A model generated the notes under the pieces. That model worked only from the letters and a program-made list of their open reading frames with translations. It was not told where the DNA came from and did no database searches. The position numbers were made by a program, and so were the translations under genes. 64,000 nucleotides of DNA from Chamaesiphon sp. (GTDB lineage: Bacteria > Cyanobacteriota > Cyanobacteriia > Cyanobacteriales > Chamaesiphonaceae): contig CBDFFH010000009.1 of assembly GCA_965246715.1 (NCBI GenBank), positions 95,239-159,238 on the forward strand, written 5' to 3'. Positions 1 through 8,803 of the stretch are shown here, one piece after another; the stretch's first letter is position 1; the number at the start of each line of letters is the position of its first letter.

Positions 1-185
1 TTAGCCGGATCGACTTTAAATGCACTACGATACTTCTCGATCGCATCTGCTGAAACCTCGATTACTTCTGGACTCATGGTGAAATAGTGAGGATTTTCAG
101 ATTTAGGATGTTCGTTAATTTCTTTGGTAAAAGCTACTTTTAATGACGAACTCCCGTAATCTATAACGGCATACAGATATTCCAT
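1..185 (-). CDS. ParM/StbA-like actin-family ATPase, N-terminus (runs off window)
   Basis: Not in ORF track. Manual translation from ATG at 185 gives MEYLYAVIDYGSSSLKVAFTKEINEHPK..., open to the window edge; IDYGSSSLK fits the actin phosphate-1 motif DxGxxxxK. Confidence 0.7.
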   Translation of the reverse strand, partial: MEYLYAVIDYGSSSLKVAFTKEINEHPKSENPHYFTMSPEVIEVSADAIEKYRSAFKVDPA

Positions 186-189
186 CGGT

Positions 190-606
190 CTAATCCTCTA
201 ACTTCATAATTCTCTCGATCGTTACGAATGGTGGCTCATCATCGAATACATCCTCCTCTAACTCATCGCGATCGTCAAATCGCTCGGTGTTTGCTCGATT
301 ACCCTGCTGTCGATCGATGCTTGGTTGTAGTTGTCCCTCAACGCTAGTAGTCACATTTGCATCCACACCCCTTCCTGCATCGAGCGACATGATTCTTACT
401 CTCGATCGGAGAATATCGATCGACCTTTGATATGCTTTCTGAATTTCTAAAGGTGAAGCATTGATGTGTTCGAGAGCGTAGGGCAAATAGAATGCCTCTA
501 ATGCTTGCGTTACTTTGTCTTTCATCCGACTAAGGCTTTTCAAGTATTGGTAGAGTCTCACATCTAACTCATTGCTATCGTAAATCGTCCACGACCACTT
601 AGGCAT
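190..606 (-). CDS. Hypothetical protein, putative ParR-like partition adaptor
   Basis: 138 aa with acidic tail, ending 4 bp before the ParM-like start; the functional call rests on position. Confidence 0.45.
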   Translation of the reverse strand: MPKWSWTIYDSNELDVRLYQYLKSLSRMKDKVTQALEAFYLPYALEHINASPLEIQKAYQRSIDILRSRVRIMSLDAGRGVDANVTTSVEGQLQPSIDRQQGNRANTERFDDRDELEEDVFDDEPPFVTIERIMKLED

Positions 607-953
607 GATATTAATCTCAATTTACTACTGTTTTCGGGTGTCTAATAACCACCTAGTCGTAGGGTTAGCAGTTAGTTATTAACTGCTTATCAACCGCCTA
701 ATAGTTAGTTATTGGGTGACTATACTATCATCGATACTCAAAACAAGAATTTTATCGGGTGGTTGTCGAACGGTTATTAGGTGCTTATTAAAAGCTCAGA
801 ATCCGATCCCCTTTAGCGCGCACAGTACGCATTTACTACAATAACTGTAAATTGGTCGATAATAGAAGGCATGAGGGAAATTAATGCTCAAAATAGTTTT
901 CAGATCGACTTGAGAGTAGTGGAAATAAAATTAATAATGTTACAGCGAGATAG

Positions 954-2243
954 ATGCTGACAGCAAAAAATTGTCAAGCTAGTACGGCGGTGCAGTATTT
1001 CACTGACGATTACGATCGAGGGCAGACGCGATGGTTTGGGAAAGGTGCTGCCAAACTGGGATTAGTCGGTGAAATCGATTGCGCTGGGCGCAGGCTTCGC
1101 CAACGAGAATCATTCGAGCATATTTGCTACGGTCGATCGCCAGATGGGACTAAATATCTGGGTACTAAAGGCGACCCTGACAAACGCCGTGCGGGAACGG
1201 ATTTTACATTTTCCGCCCCGAAATCTGTGAGTCTAACTGCATTAGTCGGCGGGGATACCCGCTTAGAAGTCGCCCATCGCATCGCCGTCGAGAAAACTCT
1301 GGCACTAATCGAATCACGCTACGCACAAACCCGTATTACCAAAGATAAGAAAGTAGCAGAAGTCAAAACTGGAAGCCTCGTCGTAGCTCAGTTCGACCAT
1401 ATTGAGAGTCGCGAACTCGATCCGCACCTGCATACTCACGCCCTGGTTTTGAACCTAACTCAAGCAGAGAGCGGTAAATGGTATGCCAACGACAACGATC
1501 TAATTTTTCAGAACAAGAAACACTTGGGTACGATTTATCAGGCTTACCTAGCAGCCGAAGTCGATCGACTGGGTTATGAGATCGAGCCTCGTCCCCACGG
1601 GATGTTTGAGATTAAAGGTTACAAGCGGGAGAATTTAGTCGAGTTTAGCAAACGCCGGATGCAGATTCTCGCTCAGTGTCCAAGTAATAGCACTTGGCAG
1701 ACGCGGGAGGATAGTTGGGAACGCACTCGCAAGCATAAAGAACGCATCCCCTCAACTGAGTTAAAAGCACGATGGCAGCGGGAAGCTAGCGATTTAGGCA
1801 TTGAAATCGTCAAAGCTGGAGTGCTGCCAGTTGCCCAGTCGATTCGGCAGAGCCGACGCTTCGCGAACGATTCAGAAAAAACGGAACGGTTCATCAACGA
1901 TGCGATCGCTCATTGCTCCGAGCGGAGCGTTGACTTTAGAGTTGAAGACATTGAGAAATTCATAATCGCCCAACGATTGCCGCTCGATATTGCTGAGATT
2001 AAATCTCTGTGCGACACTCGATCGGATTTAATTAAGATCGATCGGCACTACACCACTTTGAAGGCACCAATACAAGATGAAGTTGACGACCGGATACAGG
2101 TTGAGCCGTTGCTAGATAATGTACATGAAAGCGAAGCTGAATTAGCTCGGCAAGAAGGTGTCAAGGTGCCTACTCATGGTGGCGGTGTGAGGGTTCCAGT
2201 ATCTAGGGAAGATAAGCTTGACACTACTCTCGTTCGATCATAA
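954..2243 (+). CDS. MobF (TrwC-type) relaxase lacking the C-terminal helicase
   Basis: N-terminal Tyr residues and WFGKGA, DFTFSAPKSVS, HUH motif DPHLHTH, FSKRR; no helicase Walker A. Confidence 0.88.
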   Translation: MLTAKNCQASTAVQYFTDDYDRGQTRWFGKGAAKLGLVGEIDCAGRRLRQRESFEHICYGRSPDGTKYLGTKGDPDKRRAGTDFTFSAPKSVSLTALVGGDTRLEVAHRIAVEKTLALIESRYAQTRITKDKKVAEVKTGSLVVAQFDHIESRELDPHLHTHALVLNLTQAESGKWYANDNDLIFQNKKHLGTIYQAYLAAEVDRLGYEIEPRPHGMFEIKGYKRENLVEFSKRRMQILAQCPSNSTWQTREDSWERTRKHKERIPSTELKARWQREASDLGIEIVKAGVLPVAQSIRQSRRFANDSEKTERFINDAIAHCSERSVDFRVEDIEKFIIAQRLPLDIAEIKSLCDTRSDLIKIDRHYTTLKAPIQDEVDDRIQVEPLLDNVHESEAELARQEGVKVPTHGGGVRVPVSREDKLDTTLVRS

Positions 2244-2387
2244 CCGAGCTAGCGAATTTGCTACTTCATTGAGTGAGCTTGCAATTGATATCTGGTATCG
2301 GTCGATCGAAGTCGATCGATCGAAATGATTGAGGAAATTTGAGAGATCTAGAACGAGGGGGAGAAGATCGTGCATCGGATGAAATAG

Positions 2388-2975
2388 TTACCCCTCCTCT
2401 AAATACCTCAGAGCGGCGACCTTCACCCAGTCAGACCAACTACCATCATCTAGCTCGACTATTGCCTTTGTGCGACCTCGATGCCACTGCCCTAATCTGC
2501 CCCGCTCGCCCGTAGCGACAATTTCGACCCGTTGGCCTAGCCTCAGCTTTGCTGAATCGCCGAGCCTTAACTCTCTTGTAGTTAATGGTGGTGGCAGTGG
2601 TCTAATACTGCCGAGCGTATCCAGATCCTCAAACCTAATCCAGCTAGTCACCCGTCCGTCAGTTTTGAGACAAGCATAGCCATCGCCGTACTTGGAGATC
2701 TCCCAGATTTCTAGTACTCCTGCATATTGCCGCTGGAGGTTGGGATTTGTGCCGATGTACGTGACGCGATTGCCTAGCTGGAATTGGGCGATTCCGCCAA
2801 GCGGAGGCTTCGCCAACGGCTTGGGTGGTTCGACACTCAGAACCCGATCTATAGAAGTTTTTCTTTGACCGCTGGGGGTTTCGATGGTAATGGTATCACC
2901 ATCGATCGCTAGCACTTTGCACCCTACCCCAGCCAACCCGTAAACAACCGATCCGAGCGTTACCTTAGAATTCAT
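2388..2975 (-). CDS. Hypothetical protein with repeated small beta-rich (KOW/SH3-like) modules
   Basis: 195-aa ORF overlapping the Rep stop; three LGxxV-type modules. Confidence 0.55.
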   Translation of the reverse strand: MNSKVTLGSVVYGLAGVGCKVLAIDGDTITIETPSGQRKTSIDRVLSVEPPKPLAKPPLGGIAQFQLGNRVTYIGTNPNLQRQYAGVLEIWEISKYGDGYACLKTDGRVTSWIRFEDLDTLGSIRPLPPPLTTRELRLGDSAKLRLGQRVEIVATGERGRLGQWHRGRTKAIVELDDGSWSDWVKVAALRYLEEG

Positions 2976-5700
2976 CTTCGGTAGCCTCTGGGATGTCGTC
3001 TAAATTAGAAACTTTTTCTGGCTGCTTAGACAATGGCAATTTTTTATCGTCTGTATCGTCTGTATCGTCTGCCGAATCCTGAAACCTTTGTTGTAACTGG
3101 CTTTGATGGCAGACGATATCGTCTTTGGGTATCGTCTGCTTATCGTCTGCCTTTATAATACCGTCCGCTATATCGTCTGTATTATCGGCTGCTTTTACAG
3201 GTATCGTCTGCTGATCGTCTGCCTTAAAACCTTTATCCTGAAAAGGTTCTGGTGTCATGGCAGACGATGCAGACGATACAGACGATATTTTTACGACTTT
3301 CTCTATGCAGATAAGTCGCGTACATTCTTTTCCTGCTCGGAAATACCCAACTTCGATCCCTAATGCCTTGAGATCGGGAGCCAATCGAGTTAGTTGACGG
3401 CTGAGGCTGTTGGAAGCCTTTGGGAAATATCGCGATCGATAGGTGGCTTCGTCGGTATGCTGTTCTAATTCATTCAGCAGTTGCGAAGCTGTGCCCTTCC
3501 AAACTAGGGGGGTGTTCTCCATCAGTTGGATAATTGCCTCACCTACAGGCGACGACTCGATTACCACCTGGCGAGATTCTTCGCGGCTCTGGCTGAAGGC
3601 TTCCATAAACTCACCCTTTCTCAATCCCAAGGCTTTCTCACTGGCAATCGCAAACTTGGCATAGTCAGCCATCCGAGGCAGTTTATCTGGCTTGATATCG
3701 GGTAACGCTGCTAAGGTTTGACTCAATGCCGTCAACAGTGCCCCTAGGATACGCGGACGCGCCGCTTCAACTTTGGCCGTTAATTCGGCTTGGGGTAGTC
3801 GTTTTTCTTCAGTTATTTCACCCAGTTGTACCATCAGGACTCGATCGGCTAAGTCATCGCGAGTCACTAAAGAATCGATCGCCGTGATAATCTGGGGACG
3901 AGCAAACTCAAAGGTAGTTTCTTCGTCAGTGCTAAATAAAGTGCGGGTACTGTAGCCGAATCCCGTTGCAATCCGACACAGATCGTCCGATTGGTCGGCA
4001 CTAATATGTCCTACATTATCGTAAACCATCAATAGCCGACGGGAAGCCGCAACCGCGAGCTTATGGGTATCCCCTTGCAGCTTAATGAGTGGTGCTTTCC
4101 CAGGATCGATCAGACCTTTGAGCATTTCTGCGGCAACGGTTTTGCCGCTCCCTCTGTGCGCCGATAGTACTAATACTGGATAGGTCTTATTCGGACAGAA
4201 GCAGAATAATAGGAATGTGATAGTGAGAACCCATGCCGAGTCATTGACATTTAGCAAGTCTCTCAATTCTGTTAAGCTTCCCCCTACAACGGGATCGGGG
4301 AGCGGACGCAGTGAATCCGGTCGCCAAAATCGCACGGGTGGATCTACGATCGTCCGCCAGCCAGTAGGATCGATCTCGATCGCTTTCCAGTCTGGAGTAC
4401 CCAAGTCGAGATAAATTTTCTCTTGGTGTTGGGCGATACGGAGATGAACTTCGCGAGTCTGTGAATCCTGCCCGTACAGAGCGATAGCTTCGAGGGTTGA
4501 AAGCGTATCTTGCATCGTTTGAGAACCAATTCCTTTCCCCTCGACATTAAAATACATCCCAGCCAGCCACATCCTAAAAGCTCTGGAGCGGACGGCATAA
4601 GTGTGACAGTTGCCAGCAATCGTGATATCGGCATAAGCAATGCGATCGGGTGTTTGGAAGTAAGTAGCCGTTCTACCGATCTCCAGCAACCGCTCTGCAA
4701 CTGACTTGAGTGGCTTTTTTCCACTAGAGGCTTCATCATCTATTGCCGCTGTCTCAAACGGTTTTGCACTATCGATAACTTGATGGAATGCTTCGACTCC
4801 ACAGTTAAAGATTAAGTCGTCGATACCTTTACCTCGATTGCTACTCCAATCGGTCAAATACACTTGAGAATCTGCTGCCATTAATAAACCAGCAAATCTT
4901 TTAATGGCAGCACGAACCATATTTATCGTTTTAGGTTTGCTGTCCTTGTCAAATGCAATAGTTATCCTTCTGTTAGGGGTAGAAATTAACTGTAAATCGT
5001 TAATTAACGTATAGTCTTTTTCGCCTTTATTTAGTTCGGGACAGCCATTCCAAACCCCAGTTAACGAGATACAAATTTCCCCAGTACTAATCCCGCTTAA
5101 TGCTTTTTTTGCTCCTTCAGTGATGGTTACAGGGATTCTTGAATCTTCCCCAATCCATTTTAAAAACTCTAGGCTGAGTCGTTGGCATTCATTTCGCCAT
5201 TCATCCGAGCCGATATCTGCTAATTGCCATTGCCTAGTAACTAAATCGGTGGGTAAATCTACTCTTACACGCACTGATATCGCTTGCCATGTTTCCAGAT
5301 CGATTATCGGCAGGAATGCCTTGCAAGGCTTTTTCGTTGGATGCTCGTATTTAATCGCTTTGCCTTCTTTGTCTAGTCGCGGTTGGAGCGGTTTGAAACT
5401 AGTACAGCTAGCAATACGTTGGCGGAGCCTATCGGAACGATAATCGCGTTCGATATCGATGCCAGTATAGGATGTACCACCATGCTCGACGATCGAGGCG
5501 TATGTATCCCGATATCCCTTCTTTAACGTCCCGTTGTTATTATGGATTTTCACTTCCCCTAATAGTTCGCTAATTGCTTTATCACCGTTGAGAAACTCAG
5601 CATTGAGCAAACACAATCGGGGATCGATCGCACTAGCGTAGAATTCTTCAATGACACTTTCGGGGAAGTATTCGGTCAGAATAGAGTAGTCATAATTCAT
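2965..5700 (-). CDS. Replication protein: DUF3854 (TOPRIM-like primase) plus P-loop ATPase/helicase
   Basis: KYEHP, ITEGAKKA, GVWN, IAFDKD, KGIDD motifs of DUF3854 proteins; Walker A-like HRGSGKT and YDNV. Confidence 0.8.
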   Translation of the reverse strand: MNYDYSILTEYFPESVIEEFYASAIDPRLCLLNAEFLNGDKAISELLGEVKIHNNNGTLKKGYRDTYASIVEHGGTSYTGIDIERDYRSDRLRQRIASCTSFKPLQPRLDKEGKAIKYEHPTKKPCKAFLPIIDLETWQAISVRVRVDLPTDLVTRQWQLADIGSDEWRNECQRLSLEFLKWIGEDSRIPVTITEGAKKALSGISTGEICISLTGVWNGCPELNKGEKDYTLINDLQLISTPNRRITIAFDKDSKPKTINMVRAAIKRFAGLLMAADSQVYLTDWSSNRGKGIDDLIFNCGVEAFHQVIDSAKPFETAAIDDEASSGKKPLKSVAERLLEIGRTATYFQTPDRIAYADITIAGNCHTYAVRSRAFRMWLAGMYFNVEGKGIGSQTMQDTLSTLEAIALYGQDSQTREVHLRIAQHQEKIYLDLGTPDWKAIEIDPTGWRTIVDPPVRFWRPDSLRPLPDPVVGGSLTELRDLLNVNDSAWVLTITFLLFCFCPNKTYPVLVLSAHRGSGKTVAAEMLKGLIDPGKAPLIKLQGDTHKLAVAASRRLLMVYDNVGHISADQSDDLCRIATGFGYSTRTLFSTDEETTFEFARPQIITAIDSLVTRDDLADRVLMVQLGEITEEKRLPQAELTAKVEAARPRILGALLTALSQTLAALPDIKPDKLPRMADYAKFAIASEKALGLRKGEFMEAFSQSREESRQVVIESSPVGEAIIQLMENTPLVWKGTASQLLNELEQHTDEATYRSRYFPKASNSLSRQLTRLAPDLKALGIEVGYFRAGKECTRLICIEKVVKISSVSSASSAMTPEPFQDKGFKADDQQTIPVKAADNTDDIADGIIKADDKQTIPKDDIVCHQSQLQQRFQDSADDTDDTDDKKLPLSKQPEKVSNLDDIPEATEDEF
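3045..3287. repeat. Iteron-like cluster of 9-mer TATCGTCTG/CAGACGATA, putative replication origin inside rep
   Basis: About 14 exact or near-exact copies in both orientations; triple tandem at 3045-3071 and inverted triple at 3261-3287. Confidence 0.7.
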
Positions 5701-5974
5701 GAGATCTTCTCTTTGATAATGTCAAGCTTTATTTTTATTAAATTTTCAAGCGGCGCGTAAATAGTTGTCATTTATCCAATACTTGTTGTTTTCTCACAAC
5801 AAAATAACCATCCGACTATCTCTTCAGAATGTCGGTGACAAAGCAAGATTACACAAATCCTATTAGAGTTTCATAAGTTTAAAAACACTAGTTTCGGATT
5901 TGTAGACGCGAATTTATCGGGACAAAAAAGCCTACCCCACTAGTAGATTTTCAACCTACTAATGGGGTATTGTC

Positions 5975-6241
5975 TTAGCTCACTGATGGCAACGTTGCCA
6001 GGTACTCTTCAACTAAGATTTGATGTTCTGGTCGATCGCCAGAAGTTAAGTAATCGATTAACAATATTAGGTTCCAGAGGATCTTGCCCCTCTCTACTGG
6101 CTGAATCCAGTAGATCCCCTTGGGTAACTTGGATCTTAACTGCGCTGATTGCCAAGTAGAGATATCGAAACGCTCTTCTCTGATTGCCGCCTCTGACAGA
6201 AATTTGAAGCAGCGGGATTTGGCTTTGGTTGACGTTTTCAT
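5975..6241 (-). CDS. Small DNA-binding protein, excisionase-like
   Basis: 88 aa (LPKGIYWIQP...ILWNL) between integrase and rep, same strand; call from size and position. Confidence 0.55.
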   Translation of the reverse strand: MKTSTKAKSRCFKFLSEAAIREERFDISTWQSAQLRSKLPKGIYWIQPVERGKILWNLILLIDYLTSGDRPEHQILVEEYLATLPSVS

Positions 6242-6285
6242 AGCACTGACGAACGTGGGATAATAGTGGTGTTTTGTTTTTAGTC

Positions 6286-6324
6286 TTAATCGGAAGACAA
6301 AATTTAATTTTGTCTTTCGATTAA
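6286..6324. promoter_or_regulatory. 39-bp imperfect palindrome upstream of the xis-like gene (operator candidate)
   Basis: TTAATCGGAAGACAAAATT-T-AATTTTGTCTTTCGATTAA, one mismatch between arms. Confidence 0.4.
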
Positions 6325-6783
6325 TTCTTTTCTATTGCATAACTTGTCGAACGAACTGTTTAATCCAGTTAATTCACTGATGCAGTGGCGGAACCGCCAC
6401 GGTTTTTTAAGGTCTAAACTTTGACTAGCGACAATTAGCGGCAATCATCACTATCGGCTTTGGCTGTTTTACTTGCGGGAAGGGTTAGTAACAAATAAGC
6501 TTAGCAAGGCTGATAATTGTAGTTTAGTACAGATCTACTATTGTGGCAACAGCTATTTATTTTCTTTCCCGTTTTGGCAAAAAAATGATTAAATTGTATC
6601 GAAAAGACTTGACAATTACAGTTGCTATCGATCGACATAATTGCGATCGTTTATACTCACAAATATGCCCACGCGCTCGACTGCGTGGGCGTATATCGTT
6701 CTAGCCTTGCCATGACCTTTAGGGTGATACGTTGTTATGAAGGGGATTTATGCCCCCGTCACAACAACAAACTTCTGACTTCG

Positions 6784-7914
6784 TTAAGTAATTTCGATTG
6801 CCCCAATATCTACAAACAAACATTCACTGCCGATCGCATGAGCATAGGTAGACAGTAGAACGCGCTTATCATGTCCTGTCTGTTCTGCCAACGCGATCGG
6901 GTTAGCTCCTTGAGCTAAGGCATGGGAAGTGGCTGAATGTCTCAAGTTGTAGGGCTTTCGGTATTCGATCTGGCAACTGACTAAAATAGTTTTCCAAGCT
7001 CGATTACAAAAATTGTGGTCATCGATCGCGACACCCTTGGGACTAGGAAAGACTAGATCGTCTGGTTGAGGTTTAATCCGTTCGTACCGATTTACCAACA
7101 TGCTTTTAATTACTGGGTTTAGCTGAATAGTTCTTGCCTTACCCGTTTTCGTGTCTTTCTGATTCCTGCGGCTGATAGATTCACCGATCCAAGCGGTCGT
7201 ATAATCCGCTCCTAAATGCTTCCATCTCAAGCCAACAGCCTCACCAATTCTGCAAGCTGTGTTCGTCAGGAAGATTACAAACTCAGTGTAATGAGAGTAT
7301 TGGGGATGGCTGCCAAATCCACTAATAATTGCTTGAAGTTCGGCAATAGTGAATGGTTTAGGATGTTGCTGGGGATAGACTTTAACCCGATCGATACAGT
7401 TTTCCCACGGGTTAGAGCCTTCTGCTAAGTGGTATTTACCCTTTGCCCATTCCCAGCAAGCCCGAATCAGGAATAAATAGGTTTTAACTGTTTGTCCTGA
7501 GAGGCTCCCTCCCATCATCGCTACAGCATTTTTCGCAATCGACTCGGAGACTTGGTGAGCGGGTTTATCCATTAGACATTCTCGCAGCTTGGACGCGATC
7601 GCTTTATATCGGTGCATCGATCCAGGGGCTAACCCCTTATCCTTGATGATGAACGCTGTGTACTTTTCAAATAGTTCTACAGCGGTTAATTCAGTGGGAT
7701 TAGCCCCAAGCTTGCGCGATCGGTACTTTAGCCGTGTAGGGTCGTAATGACCAGAGATCAGATCCATTGAGATCTCTGACATCTTTTTAGCTGCGAAAGC
7801 CCTGCCAACGGGAGTATCGGTAACTCCTAGAGATAAACCTTGCTTTTTACCTTCGTAGTTCCATCTCAGTCTGAGGGTATTGCCTGTCTTCTCAATCCAA
7901 ATTTTTTCGTTCAT
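6784..7914 (-). CDS. Tyrosine recombinase/integrase with N-terminal arm-binding domain
   Basis: Catalytic motifs TACRIGE, KTGK, YNLRH, TGH, STYAH; N-terminal LRLRW...LSLG; adjacent to tRNA 3' end. Confidence 0.93.
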   Translation of the reverse strand: MNEKIWIEKTGNTLRLRWNYEGKKQGLSLGVTDTPVGRAFAAKKMSEISMDLISGHYDPTRLKYRSRKLGANPTELTAVELFEKYTAFIIKDKGLAPGSMHRYKAIASKLRECLMDKPAHQVSESIAKNAVAMMGGSLSGQTVKTYLFLIRACWEWAKGKYHLAEGSNPWENCIDRVKVYPQQHPKPFTIAELQAIISGFGSHPQYSHYTEFVIFLTNTACRIGEAVGLRWKHLGADYTTAWIGESISRRNQKDTKTGKARTIQLNPVIKSMLVNRYERIKPQPDDLVFPSPKGVAIDDHNFCNRAWKTILVSCQIEYRKPYNLRHSATSHALAQGANPIALAEQTGHDKRVLLSTYAHAIGSECLFVDIGAIEIT

Positions 7915-7917
7915 TTT

Positions 7918-7939
7918 TCTGGTCTTAGATCTGGTCTTA
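7918..7939. repeat. Direct repeat TCTGGTCTTA x2, probable integrase arm-type sites
   Basis: Two exact 10-mers with 12-bp period between the att/tRNA end and the integrase start. Confidence 0.5.
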
Positions 7940-8056
7940 TATAACCCACAAACCAGTCATAACAGCCCATATCTTACTATTGACAGACAGCAAAAAACGA
8001 CTCTCAGGACATAGTTTGTCTTCTGAAAGCCTTACTCTGCTTATGCTTCTAACCCA

Positions 8057-8128
8057 AGCCTGTGATGAGGATTGAACTCATGACCTCTTCATTACCAATG
8101 AAGTGCTCTACCACTGAGCTACACGGGC
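8057..8128 (-). tRNA. tRNA-Thr(GGT)
   Basis: GCCCGTGTAGCTCAGTGGTAGAGCA CTTCA-TTGGTAA-TGAAG AGGTC ATGAG-TTCAATC-CTCAT CACAGGCT; 72 nt. Confidence 0.95.
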
Positions 8129-8139
8129 GATTGTGAAAG

Positions 8140-8220
8140 TGGGCCGAGCTGGATTTGAACCAGCGTAGCTCTCGCAGCAGATTTACAGTCTGCCTCCATT
8201 AACCACTCGGACATCGACCC
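8140..8220 (-). tRNA. tRNA-Tyr(GTA)
   Basis: GGGTCGA...GCAGA-CTGTAAA-TCTGC, long variable arm, GCTGG-TTCAAAT-CCAGC, TCGGCCCA. Confidence 0.95.
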
Positions 8221-8275
8221 ATTTGTCCCACGATTACTAATCATAGCATGGATGCCTCGAATGTCCAAGCAATTT

Positions 8276-8758
8276 CTAAATATTTTTTGCTGGGGCTGAT
8301 TCTAAGTGTGAGAGCAGTCCACCACAGGCATCGGTGAGGAGATCGATAACATAGTCAAAGCCATCAGCACCACCATAATAGGGGTCGGGAACCTCTTTGT
8401 CAGCGTGATGGGTAGCAAAGTCGCACATGAGCTTAACTTTGTCGCGATATTGCCCTTGGGGGTCGAGGGTGAGGATCTGGTGATAGTTTTCGCGATCCAT
8501 TGCTAAAATCAGGTCGAAGGCGAGGAAATCAGCTTTGGTAAATTGTCGAGCGCGACCAGTCATCGGAATATTGCGGCTGGCGGCGGCGGCTTGCATCCGC
8601 CGATCGGGTGGATTGCCTGTATGATAACTGGCAGTGCCAGCAGAGTCACATTCAATCTGGTTGGCGAGATCGGCTCGCGCGGCCAGATGATTCATAATAT
8701 TTTCTGCTGCTGGAGAACGACAGATATTGCCGAGACAGACAAATAACAATTTGGTCAT
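8276..8758 (-). CDS. Low-molecular-weight protein-tyrosine phosphatase
   Basis: VCLGNICRS active-site loop and DPYYG motif. Confidence 0.95.
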   Translation of the reverse strand: MTKLLFVCLGNICRSPAAENIMNHLAARADLANQIECDSAGTASYHTGNPPDRRMQAAAASRNIPMTGRARQFTKADFLAFDLILAMDRENYHQILTLDPQGQYRDKVKLMCDFATHHADKEVPDPYYGGADGFDYVIDLLTDACGGLLSHLESAPAKNI

Positions 8759-8803
8759 AAATTTTTTTGAATTACTGACGAGTCGATAAGTTGCTGCCAG
8801 CGG

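Larger units (their letters stand above)
1..8064. mobile_element. tRNA-Thr-integrated plasmid-like (integrative mobilizable) element; left end outside window
   Basis: int, xis-like, rep, MobF relaxase and parM clustered immediately 3' of tRNA-Thr. Confidence 0.85.

Noticed and set aside
6622..6858. 78-aa + strand ORF
   Set aside because: TTG start, overlaps the integrase end and a hairpin, no recognisable motif.
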